Shown piece by piece: positions 7,127 to 14,812 of a stretch of DNA of 32,000 nt. A program made the position numbers and the translations under genes. This DNA comes from Pirellula staleyi DSM 6068. GTDB lineage: Bacteria > Planctomycetota > Planctomycetia > Pirellulales > Pirellulaceae. The DNA lies in assembly GCA_000025185.1 (NCBI GenBank), contig CP001848.1, positions 300,001 through 332,000 of the forward strand, given 5' to 3'. The notes under the pieces were generated by a model. The model was given only the letters and a program-made list of their open reading frames with translations, was not told the origin of the DNA and did no database searches. Numbering within the stretch: position 1 is the stretch's first letter; each line of letters starts with the position of its first letter.

Positions 7127-9700
7127 TTAATAGGCGAGGCGAAATTCTGCGGTCGAAAAGAGTGCATGAACCACATCGGTCCATGCAGCTTGCTCGGCTA
7201 CTGCACTGTCACTGGCAGCTTTGCACGACTCGACATGCTCGAGCACTTTGGCAAGCTCCGCTGGCGAGGGATTGCGTGCTAGTACACGTTCAAACGCGAG
7301 TCGAGCGCGAGCTGTGTTATCGAGTCCCGACTGATTAACGATCAAGGTTGCCGTCCGCTGCGAAGCTTCTGCAACCACCGGGCTGTTCATCAGAAATAGT
7401 GCCTGAGTCGCGACAGTGGTTACGTCGCGTTGTCCCACCACCATCTCTGGATCAGCGACATCGAAAATCGATAGCACATCGGGAAGCATGCCACGTACGA
7501 GGGGCAAATAGACCGAGCGAAATTTAACGTTCGACTTCAATGCGTCGGCTTTCAGTCCACGACCAAACTCCCCTTCGCCCACTTTCGTGACTAGCGAAGC
7601 CGCAGGACGAGTGAGGTCGAGCTCACCCGAAGCTGCCAGCAAGCAGTCGCGAATCACTTCAGCTTCGAGTCGCTTGCGACTCATGTGCCAAACGAGTTTG
7701 TTATCGGGATCGACTTCATAAGCAGCGGCGCTGTGTTCGCTGGAAAGTGCATAAGCGCGGGTGAGCACCACTTCACGAACGAGTGACTTAATCGACCATT
7801 GATTTTCCATGAAGCGCGAGGCGAGATAGTCGAGCAATTCGGGATGCGTCGGAAGCTCACCCATCGCGCCGAAATTATCGACGGTTTCGACCAGCCCGCG
7901 GCCAAACAGGTGTTGCCAAACACGATTCGCAAACACGCGCGCGGTGAGTGGATTGTTTTTGCTCGTCATCCATGCAGCGAGTTGCAGACGACCACTTTGT
8001 TGCGGGTTGACGCTCGGTGCCATCGGCGTCGTGATCACGCGCACATAGCCGCGTGGAACTACATCGCCGAGGTCGGAAACTTCACCACGAATATTCACGC
8101 GCACATCGTGGATGTCGCTGGCATCGCGAACTGCCATCACAGGCTCGCCCGGAGGGGCTAGTTTTGCTTCGAGCGCAGCGATTTGGCCGCGAATTTCGGC
8201 CAGTTCTTTCGTCAAGCGATTGACGGCGGTTAGTGCTGGATTCTTCTTTTTATTCTTCGCAGACAACTTCTCTTCAGCGGTCAATTTCTTTTTCGGTTTA
8301 TCGGCAGCAGGACCAGCCTCCTGACGAGCGGCGACCAATTGTTTTTGCAGCTGCTCTTCGCTGGTGCGGAGCTGCGCGAGTTGCTTCCGCTCATCGGCCG
8401 ACAGCGTTTGTTTCTTCGCGGGATCGATGAGCGAGAGCGCCTCGCCCTTGTAGCCCGTTTGATTGTTGCCAGGCTTCACCCCTGCAAAAACTTCAGTGCT
8501 TCGAAAAATCCCGACCATCGCGTAGTACTCGGTGGTTGGAATCGGATCGAACTTGTGATCGTGACAGCGTGCGCAGGCGACACTCAGTCCGAGCACAGCG
8601 CGCGTGCTGACGTCGAGTTGCTCGTCGGCCACGTCCATCAAAAACTGTTCGCGATTCCGTTCATTCAAGCTCTTTGGACCGATTGCCAAAAAACCAGTGG
8701 CGGTGAGATGCTCGTTCTTCTCCGCGTCGTCTTTGGCGGGCAACAGATCCCCGGCCAGTTGTTCTTTCAAGAACTCGTCGTATGGCTTGTCGGCGTTAAA
8801 ACTGTCGATCACATAATCGCGATAGCGCCAGGCGTGGGGATAAGCAACGTTCCGTTCCTTGCCGGTCGATTCGCCATAGCGAGCCAGATCGAGCCAGTGA
8901 CGTCCCCAGCGTTCACCAAACTGTGGCGAGGCGAGGAGACGATCGACCACAGCGGCGCGAGCTTTGAGATTCGAGTTGGCCTGGAAAGCTGCGATCTCTT
9001 CATGCGTCGGAAGTAGACCGGTGAGATCGAGTGTGACTCGCCGCAGCCAGGTGATGGGATCGGCATCTTTGACTGGGGCAAGATTCGCGGCTTCGAGTTG
9101 CGCGAGAATGTAGCGATCGATTTCGCTGATGGCCCAGGTAGGATTTTTCACGGCTGCAGGAGGGACCACTTTGACAGGCTGGAACGACCAAAACTTGCGG
9201 GCGTCGGCGAGATTGATTTTGCTTCCGACGGTGGTGGCCTGCGCCGCGCGAGGATCGGGCGCGCCACGCGAAATCCAATGTTCAAAGTCGGCCAGCACGC
9301 TGTCGGGGAGTTTCTTCCCCGGAGGCATCTCCATGCCGTTCTCGTGACGCATCGCTTGCAGCAACAGGCTTGCTGCAGCATCGCGCGCCACCACCGCTGG
9401 TCCCGAATCGCCACCCTTGCGAATGCCGAGCTTCGTATCGACACGCAGCCCCCCCTTCACTTCCTTGCTGCTGGCCGAGTGGCACTGGTAGCAGTTCGAA
9501 ACGAGGACAGGGCGAATCTTCTTCTCGAAAAAATCGAGGTCGGCGGCTGTGATGCGGCCATCCGCTTTCGCCGTAGGATCGCTTTCAGCAGCACTCCCTG
9601 GCGTGACAACACCGAGCGTGAGCAGCACAAAAGCCAAAACGGCATGGCGTGTGTAGTACAAAAAAGTCATGGCCACGGTTGGCGTCCTTGAAGACAGCAC
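7127..9700 (-). CDS. PSCyt1 / DUF1549 / DUF1553 domain protein (planctomycete cytochrome-c-like)
   Basis: N-terminal signal peptide, CYQCHS (CxxCH) motif, [12 protein letters not shown] (DUF1549 hallmark), a K-rich coiled-coil insert, and a long DUF1553-type C-terminus. The start is GTG 9700 or ATG 9670. Confidence 0.9.
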   Translation of the reverse strand: MLSSRTPTVAMTFLYYTRHAVLAFVLLTLGVVTPGSAAESDPTAKADGRITAADLDFFEKKIRPVLVSNCYQCHSASSKEVKGGLRVDTKLGIRKGGDSGPAVVARDAAASLLLQAMRHENGMEMPPGKKLPDSVLADFEHWISRGAPDPRAAQATTVGSKINLADARKFWSFQPVKVVPPAAVKNPTWAISEIDRYILAQLEAANLAPVKDADPITWLRRVTLDLTGLLPTHEEIAAFQANSNLKARAAVVDRLLASPQFGERWGRHWLDLARYGESTGKERNVAYPHAWRYRDYVIDSFNADKPYDEFLKEQLAGDLLPAKDDAEKNEHLTATGFLAIGPKSLNERNREQFLMDVADEQLDVSTRAVLGLSVACARCHDHKFDPIPTTEYYAMVGIFRSTEVFAGVKPGNNQTGYKGEALSLIDPAKKQTLSADERKQLAQLRTSEEQLQKQLVAARQEAGPAADKPKKKLTAEEKLSAKNKKKNPALTAVNRLTKELAEIRGQIAALEAKLAPPGEPVMAVRDASDIHDVRVNIRGEVSDLGDVVPRGYVRVITTPMAPSVNPQQSGRLQLAAWMTSKNNPLTARVFANRVWQHLFGRGLVETVDNFGAMGELPTHPELLDYLASRFMENQWSIKSLVREVVLTRAYALSSEHSAAAYEVDPDNKLVWHMSRKRLEAEVIRDCLLAASGELDLTRPAASLVTKVGEGEFGRGLKADALKSNVKFRSVYLPLVRGMLPDVLSIFDVADPEMVVGQRDVTTVATQALFLMNSPVVAEASQRTATLIVNQSGLDNTARARLAFERVLARNPSPAELAKVLEHVESCKAASDSAVAEQAAWTDVVHALFSTAEFRLAY

Positions 9701-10065
9701 GAAGTTCTTGAGGAACTGGGGGGACTGCAGGGAGCGGCACTATTTTTTCTTTGCAATTTACTTTGCAAACGCCCCGCGAGAGGTAGTCTTTGAGCCGTAA
9801 ATTCGCCCCCAGGAAATAGATGCGCCGCGAGATGCGAATATTGTGGATCGGACAAGTGCCTGCGCCACGTTTTGCAACCAACACGCTGAACGAATTTTGA
9901 GTGCCTACGCTCCACCAGCCCTCGCGCTGGGCCTGTGGCGTATAATCGCTCGTGCGATCGCCTCCGAAGCCTTGCGAGCCATTTCACGCTAAACGTTTCA
10001 AAGAAAATCACTTACAGCGCCGCCGCCAATCACTTGAGCCTGCCAGCCGCAAAGTAATTCACGCC

Positions 10066-10560
10066 ATGTCGTTTCAATTTCAATGTCCGCAGGGGCACTT
10101 GCTCGAAGGCGAGCCATCGCAAGCGGGTCAGCAGTGCGTTTGCCCGATGTGCGGCATGCTGTTTTTGATCCCGCAGCCAATCGCTCAGCCAGAGGGACCG
10201 CAGTTTGCGATTAATCCCGGGGGAGGAGCTCCAGGACAGCCCGCTGCACCTCCGTTTGATCCTTCGAAGCCGCAAGAGCCCGAGCTATTCCACATCCCCT
10301 GCCCCAACGGACACGAGCTTGAAACACCCGCCGAGATGCTCGACCAAGAGGTCCTCTGCCCGCAATGTCAGGTGCAGTTTCGACTGCGCAAGCGGGATAG
10401 CGTGGAGTTCAAAAAGAAGAAGGAAGAGCAAGACCGCATCCGCGAAATCAAGCTCGGCAACGCCTGGCTCAACTGGGCCATTGCCGCAGCGGTGCTAGTT
10501 GGCATCGGTCTCGTGGGGCTGATCATCGCATCGCAAATGGGACGTACCCCACCGCCATAA
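10066..10560 (+). CDS. Double zinc-ribbon protein with C-terminal transmembrane anchor
   Basis: MSFQFQCPQGH...CVCPMCG..LIP and IPCPNGH...CPQCQ form two ribbons. They are followed by a K/E-rich helix and a hydrophobic anchor, WAIAAAVLVGIGLVGLIIA. The track ORF starts at GTG 9952, but those 38 aa look non-coding (R/K/P-rich). ATG 10066 is preferred. Confidence 0.7.
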   Translation: MSFQFQCPQGHLLEGEPSQAGQQCVCPMCGMLFLIPQPIAQPEGPQFAINPGGGAPGQPAAPPFDPSKPQEPELFHIPCPNGHELETPAEMLDQEVLCPQCQVQFRLRKRDSVEFKKKKEEQDRIREIKLGNAWLNWAIAAAVLVGIGLVGLIIASQMGRTPPP

Positions 10561-10617
10561 AACCCAACGCTGCGGGGGGGGACTTTTAGACGATTGGGCT
10601 ACGAGCTTACGTGCAGC

Positions 10618-11391
10618 CTACTTGGTGGGCTTCTTCACATCTTTGTCGAGTTCGAACGAGCCACGAATCTCGACTTTCAAGCTCCCGTCGTTATCCGCAG
10701 GATTCGTGTCATACATCCGCAGCGACAAGCGACCACTGCGAGGCGTTTGAAACTGCTTTCCTGCTCCGACGACAAACGGCTTCACTTCTTTGGGGTCTCC
10801 CCCTTCGATCCTGCCAATCAAACAGCCAGGATTAAAATCGCGTAATTCCTCGGGAATTGCCAGTCCATCGGCATTGGTTTCCGCTTGCAGATGGAAGGTC
10901 CAAGTTCCGCTGACGGTGATGGTGACCGGCCGGCCGTAGATGAGGGTGAGACCACAATCTTGCCACCCTTCGTTCGCGTTGATAGTGACGACATGGGATT
11001 GCGCCGAGGCTTCTTTATTGAGCATCTCCGCAAGTTTGGACTTGGCTGGAGCATACTGCGGGACCAGCTTGAGAATCTCCTCGTACACTTGTCGCGCTTT
11101 GCCCCAGTCCTTATCCCCTTCGTACTCGTTGCCGAGTTTCTCGGCCTTCTTCACGAAGTCCAGGTGGAGCGCGAGCAAACGCTGATCGTCGGGAAGTGGA
11201 CGTGGCGGCTCTTCCTTCGCTTTCTTTTTGTCGCGCTCCTGCGCGTGGGCCACGAGGCTGCTCTCAAAACCATTCCACGGCTCGAGTGCTGAGTACGAAA
11301 TCACCGCCAGCAGCAGCGCCACGATCGACTTGAAGCTCATGGTCGAGCGCATCGTGCGCGAAGCGATTCGGGAGAGGATCGAGGAAACCAT
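10618..11391 (-). CDS. Secreted protein: signal peptide, helical (TPR-like) region, C-terminal LecA/PA-IL-like beta-sandwich domain
   Basis: Signal-like MSFKSIVALLLAVISYSA. The C-terminal GRPVTITVSGTW...NPGCLIGRIEGG...GRLSLRMYDTNPADNDGSLKVEI parallels by eye the GDVITIVAAGWA...FCGALVMKIG...[25 protein letters not shown] pattern of Pseudomonas LecA. The start could be Met 1, 14 or 18. Confidence 0.65.
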   Translation of the reverse strand: MVSSILSRIASRTMRSTMSFKSIVALLLAVISYSALEPWNGFESSLVAHAQERDKKKAKEEPPRPLPDDQRLLALHLDFVKKAEKLGNEYEGDKDWGKARQVYEEILKLVPQYAPAKSKLAEMLNKEASAQSHVVTINANEGWQDCGLTLIYGRPVTITVSGTWTFHLQAETNADGLAIPEELRDFNPGCLIGRIEGGDPKEVKPFVVGAGKQFQTPRSGRLSLRMYDTNPADNDGSLKVEIRGSFELDKDVKKPTK

Positions 11392-11602
11392 GATGAGATC
11401 TCGAGAGGCGTTTTACATCGTCCACGCACGATTGCCGTCTGGCGACGGACCTGCGATGGACTAGTTCTGATTCGTTTCAACTACCTGCAGTTTATTCCAA
11501 GAAGGGGCGACAAGTCGTGGTTTTCGTCAACTTTTGAACTTCGAGCCCCAGCCGACGCTGTTGCTGGAAAACCTCCACACGAGTGCTGAATCGCCCCCAC
11601 GA

Positions 11603-11620
11603 TTTGCGTATACTCGCAAA
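11603..11620 (+). promoter_or_regulatory. Palindrome enclosing a -10-like hexamer upstream of the first zinc-ribbon/DUF1559 gene
   Basis: TTTGCG TATACT CGCAAA has 6-bp perfect arms around TATACT. It lies 118 bp upstream of ATG 11732. The -35 is only weak (CTGAAT). Confidence 0.25.
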
Positions 11621-11731
11621 ACTTCCAATTTGGCCCCCTCGCCCATCAGCCTCGCGCTCTTCTTCCGCTGCTAGTGCGACATCAGGCTTCTCCTTCTGCT
11701 TTCAACCCCTCTCCCCTGATCGAGTTTCTAC

Positions 11732-12652
11732 ATGACGATCCAGTTCTCCTGCCCTCACTGTGCCAACCCAATGTCGGTCGACGATGAGTTTGCGGGACGA
11801 ACCGGCCCCTGCAAGTCTTGTGGTCAGTCGATCACCATACCGGCTTTGGGAAACACCTTTGGATTCCAGATCAACGCGGGACCGAGTCCTGCCAAATCAT
11901 CCACACCGCGGAAGAAAAGTAGCCTCGGACTGTTCTTGATGCTGGGCGGCATTGCTGCTGTCGGTGCGCTGCTGATATTCGGCGTGGGTATGGCCTACCT
12001 TAACGCCCGAGCAACCACGAATCGCTTGATTGCCTCCAACAATCTCAAGCAACTTGTCATCGCGATGCACAACTATCACGACCAATACGACGCCTTTCCA
12101 CCCGCTGTGGTCTGCGACAGCGAAGGCAAACAACTCTACAGCGGCACTGTGTTGCTGCTCCCCTTTTTGCAGACTCCCCAAGGTGATCTCCTCGCCTCGA
12201 TGTTCGATCTATCGCGCGCGTGGGACGATCCAGCGAACATCGGCGTGAGCCAGATACCTCTCGACCTCATGATCGATCCCAGTGCTCCACGCACCACGGC
12301 GGCCGCGACCAACTATTTCTTTGTCACCCCCGACTACAAACGGGCCATCCCGGCCGGCATGGAAGCTCCCGGAAGAGTTGAATTAGGGACAGGCCCCGAA
12401 GCTTCCCTGAGGCTTCAAGACTTTACGGACGGAACATCGAACTGCTACCTGATTGTCGATGCGATCATTCCCAACCAAAGTTGGGCCGAGCCGATGCCTC
12501 TCCTAGCCAGTGAGCTGCAAAACGGCTTTCCGCCATCGCCGCATCCCGAATTCACTCTCGTCGCGATGGCCGATGGTTCGGTCCAACAAATCGAGCACTC
12601 CACCCCTGCGGCTCAAATTTATAGTGCGGCTGTTTTCAATGATGGCCAGTAA
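11732..12652 (+). CDS. Zinc-ribbon / TM / DUF1559 (H-X9-DG) fusion protein, paralog 1
   Basis: MTIQFSCPHC...CKSCGQSITIP, a linker, helix LGLFLMLGGIAAVGALLIFGVGMAYL, then SNNLKQLVIAMHNYHDQYDAFPP, LLLPFLQ, WDDPAN, DGTSN, SWAEP, and H-PEFTLVAMA-DG. Confidence 0.85.
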   Translation: MTIQFSCPHCANPMSVDDEFAGRTGPCKSCGQSITIPALGNTFGFQINAGPSPAKSSTPRKKSSLGLFLMLGGIAAVGALLIFGVGMAYLNARATTNRLIASNNLKQLVIAMHNYHDQYDAFPPAVVCDSEGKQLYSGTVLLLPFLQTPQGDLLASMFDLSRAWDDPANIGVSQIPLDLMIDPSAPRTTAAATNYFFVTPDYKRAIPAGMEAPGRVELGTGPEASLRLQDFTDGTSNCYLIVDAIIPNQSWAEPMPLLASELQNGFPPSPHPEFTLVAMADGSVQQIEHSTPAAQIYSAAVFNDGQ

Positions 12653-12656
12653 CGAG

Positions 12657-12731
12657 CGAATAGTCCCCTGTTGAAATTCACTCCCCTCCATCAGCGTAAG
12701 CTGGGCGGGGAGAGTTGCCGGGGACTATTCG
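12657..12731 (+). terminator. Long compound hairpin immediately after paralog 1 (terminator, attenuator or mRNA-stability element)
   Basis: The outer 12-bp perfect stem pairs CGAATAGTCCCC (12657-12668) with GGGGACTATTCG (12720-12731). The inner 11-bp stem, with 2 mismatches, pairs CACTCCCCTCC (12679-12689) with GGCGGGGAGAG (12704-12714). It starts 5 nt after the stop codon and is followed by ATTTCGCTT. Confidence 0.3.
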
Positions 12732-12838
12732 ATTTCGCTTACCAAATCGAGTACGATCTGCGGTGGGTGGTTAGCCAGCTTCTCGAGCCTGCTCGCAGAA
12801 GGGCCTTCTCCAATCTTTGATCTCACCGAGGTAGTCGT

Positions 12839-13738
12839 ATGCCAATCGCATTTTCGTGTCCCAACTGCGGCAAGCAGATGAATGTGCCCGATCAATACGC
12901 GGGACAAACCGGACCATGTGCGGCTTGTGGCAAAACGATGACGATCCCAGGAGGCTTTGCACCACCTCCACCCGCCGGCTACTCCGGTGTGGGACCAGCA
13001 GCCCCACCAGCCTCGAAAAGCAGTGGTGCACTACCGGTGGTGCTAATCGTCCTGGTGGTGGTCGGGATTGGCGTTCTCGGCTGTGGTGGTGTGATGGCCG
13101 CGCTTCTCATCCCTGCCGTCTCGAGCGCCCGCCAAGCTGCTAAGGCGATGCAATCGTCGAACAACCTCAAGCAAATCACCCTGGCGATGCACAACTATCA
13201 CGATGTCTACGGATCGCTGCCGCCAGCAGTCGTGCGCGATGCTTCAGGGCAGCCACTCTACAGTGGCCGCGTGCTGCTCCTGCCATTCCTCGAGCAATCC
13301 TATCTCTACGATAATTTTGATAAGAACAAAGCCTGGAACGACCCAGCCAATACGATGGTGAGTCAAACCGTCCTCAAGGTGTTCCAAGACCCTTCGACCG
13401 ACAACCCCATGAGCCCCGCGAGCAACTATTTCTTTATCGTGGGCCCGGATGCATTGTTTCCTGAGGATGGCTCGGCACATAGCTTTGCCCAAATCACCGA
13501 TGGGACAAGCTTAACGCTGGCGTTTATCAACGCGAACATTCCGAACAACAGTTGGGCCGAGCCGGTGGAAATGCATCAGGATGCGCTGGCTGCTGGACTT
13601 CCAGCTTCTCCTTATCGGCAAGGTGTCTTCACTGCCTTTGCCGATGGTTCGGTTCGCGCCCTGCCGCCAACCACCTCGCCCACCGATTTGCGCGCCATGA
13701 CCACGCGCAACGGCGGCGAACCTGTCATGATTCCCTAA
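12839..13738 (+). CDS. Zinc-ribbon / TM / DUF1559 fusion protein, paralog 2 (Tyr in place of the H of H-X9-DG)
   Basis: MPIAFSCPNC...CAACGKTMTIP, a P-rich linker, a hydrophobic helix, LLIPAVSSARQAAKAMQSSNNLKQITLAMHNYHD, LLLPFLEQ, WNDPAN, DGTS, SWAEP, and Y-RQGVFTAFA-DG. GAGG lies 8 nt upstream of the ATG. Confidence 0.85.
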   Translation: MPIAFSCPNCGKQMNVPDQYAGQTGPCAACGKTMTIPGGFAPPPPAGYSGVGPAAPPASKSSGALPVVLIVLVVVGIGVLGCGGVMAALLIPAVSSARQAAKAMQSSNNLKQITLAMHNYHDVYGSLPPAVVRDASGQPLYSGRVLLLPFLEQSYLYDNFDKNKAWNDPANTMVSQTVLKVFQDPSTDNPMSPASNYFFIVGPDALFPEDGSAHSFAQITDGTSLTLAFINANIPNNSWAEPVEMHQDALAAGLPASPYRQGVFTAFADGSVRALPPTTSPTDLRAMTTRNGGEPVMIP

Positions 13739-13858
13739 ACAAAAACTTGTCCCAAGCTTTAACCGTCCAGCGTTTCGACGAGCCAGCTTGCTTCGACCGC
13801 GCCGCGCAACTGCCTTCCGACTCGCTTCTCCTCTTAACGATCTCTTCTAGGTGCCCCG

Positions 13859-14758
13859 ATGACCATCACGTTCCGCTGTCCTCATTGTGGTAAAGAAACG
13901 CAGGTTGCCGATCAGTATGCGGGACAATCGGGACCCTGCGCTGCTTGCGGCAAGACGATCACCATTCCAGCCCCTGGGCACCCCCTCTCGGGCCCGCCGC
14001 TGCCTGGCTTCTCTGCTGCTCCTCTGCCGCCACCCAAGTCCTCCTCGGGAGGATCGACCCTCATCCTCGTGCTGGTGGGTGTGATCGGTGGGTTGGTGGT
14101 CTGCGGTGGCATTCTCGTTGCCCTGCTTCTCCCGGCTGTTCAAGCTGCACGCGAAGCAGCACGACGATCACAGTCGACAAACAACATGCGGCAAATTGGC
14201 CTGGCGATTCACAACTATCACGACACCTACAATTGCTTGCCACCCGCTGTGATCTACGACAGCAGCGGTCGGCCGATGTGCAGTGGCTTCGTCGCTCTGC
14301 TGCCATTCCTGGAGCAAGGGGCGCTGGCCAACCGATGGGACTACAGCAAACCGTGGAACGATCCGGTGAACATGCCGCTTTCGATGACGGTCATTCCCTA
14401 CCTGAAAGATCCCAGCAGCACGAATCCCAATCCGGCTCACACCGATTATTTGTTTATCGATGGGCCCGGCACAGCACTCGATATCACGAATGGTTACAAC
14501 CGAATCTCTTCGGTCACCGACGGCCTGTCGAACACCATGGCTGTTGTCGAAGCCAAGACCAGCAACGTTAGCTGGGCTGAGCCGGGATCATTTAACATTG
14601 CTCAGTTCGCGGGTGGATTGCCTCCAGGCAATCACCGCCGGGGAAATATTGTGCTGATCCTCGACGGTTCGGTGCGATTTATCGACTCCAATTCTGCCTC
14701 GCCTGAAATGCTCCACGCCCTGTCGACCATGGATGGTGGCGAGACGGTGGCCTACTAA
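13859..14758 (+). CDS. Zinc-ribbon / TM / DUF1559 (H-X9-DG) fusion protein, paralog 3
   Basis: [10 protein letters not shown]...[11 protein letters not shown], a P-rich linker, [84 protein letters not shown], and [12 protein letters not shown]. Confidence 0.85.
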   Translation: MTITFRCPHCGKETQVADQYAGQSGPCAACGKTITIPAPGHPLSGPPLPGFSAAPLPPPKSSSGGSTLILVLVGVIGGLVVCGGILVALLLPAVQAAREAARRSQSTNNMRQIGLAIHNYHDTYNCLPPAVIYDSSGRPMCSGFVALLPFLEQGALANRWDYSKPWNDPVNMPLSMTVIPYLKDPSSTNPNPAHTDYLFIDGPGTALDITNGYNRISSVTDGLSNTMAVVEAKTSNVSWAEPGSFNIAQFAGGLPPGNHRRGNIVLILDGSVRFIDSNSASPEMLHALSTMDGGETVAY

Positions 14759-14812
14759 GCTGATCTCAGCCAGCTAAGTGATAACGCCAACCAATCTACT
14801 GATCGATACGCG

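Noticed and set aside
9952-10065. N-terminal extensions offered by the ORF track (9952-10065, also 17456-17617 and 23644-23808)
   Set aside because: The extensions are R/K/S/C-rich and lack homology-like character. They would also eat most of the divergent promoter regions. Internal ATGs give N-termini that match the family, namely the zinc ribbon, the PaaK N-terminus and the first MFS helix.
10574-10581. A G8 homopolymer between the convergent 10066-10560 and 10618-11391 genes
   Set aside because: It is intergenic, part of no hairpin, and has no obvious coding consequence if its length varies. I noted it only as a possible slippage site.
13945-14571. Long alternative-frame or antisense ORFs inside strong CDSs (for example 13945-14571, 15357-16085, 17838-18488, 8339-9016, 5537-6244, 6266-6916, 21405-21983)
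   Set aside because: Each overlaps a gene with clear family motifs in another frame or strand. Their Arg/Gly/Ala/Cys-rich translations look non-protein-like.
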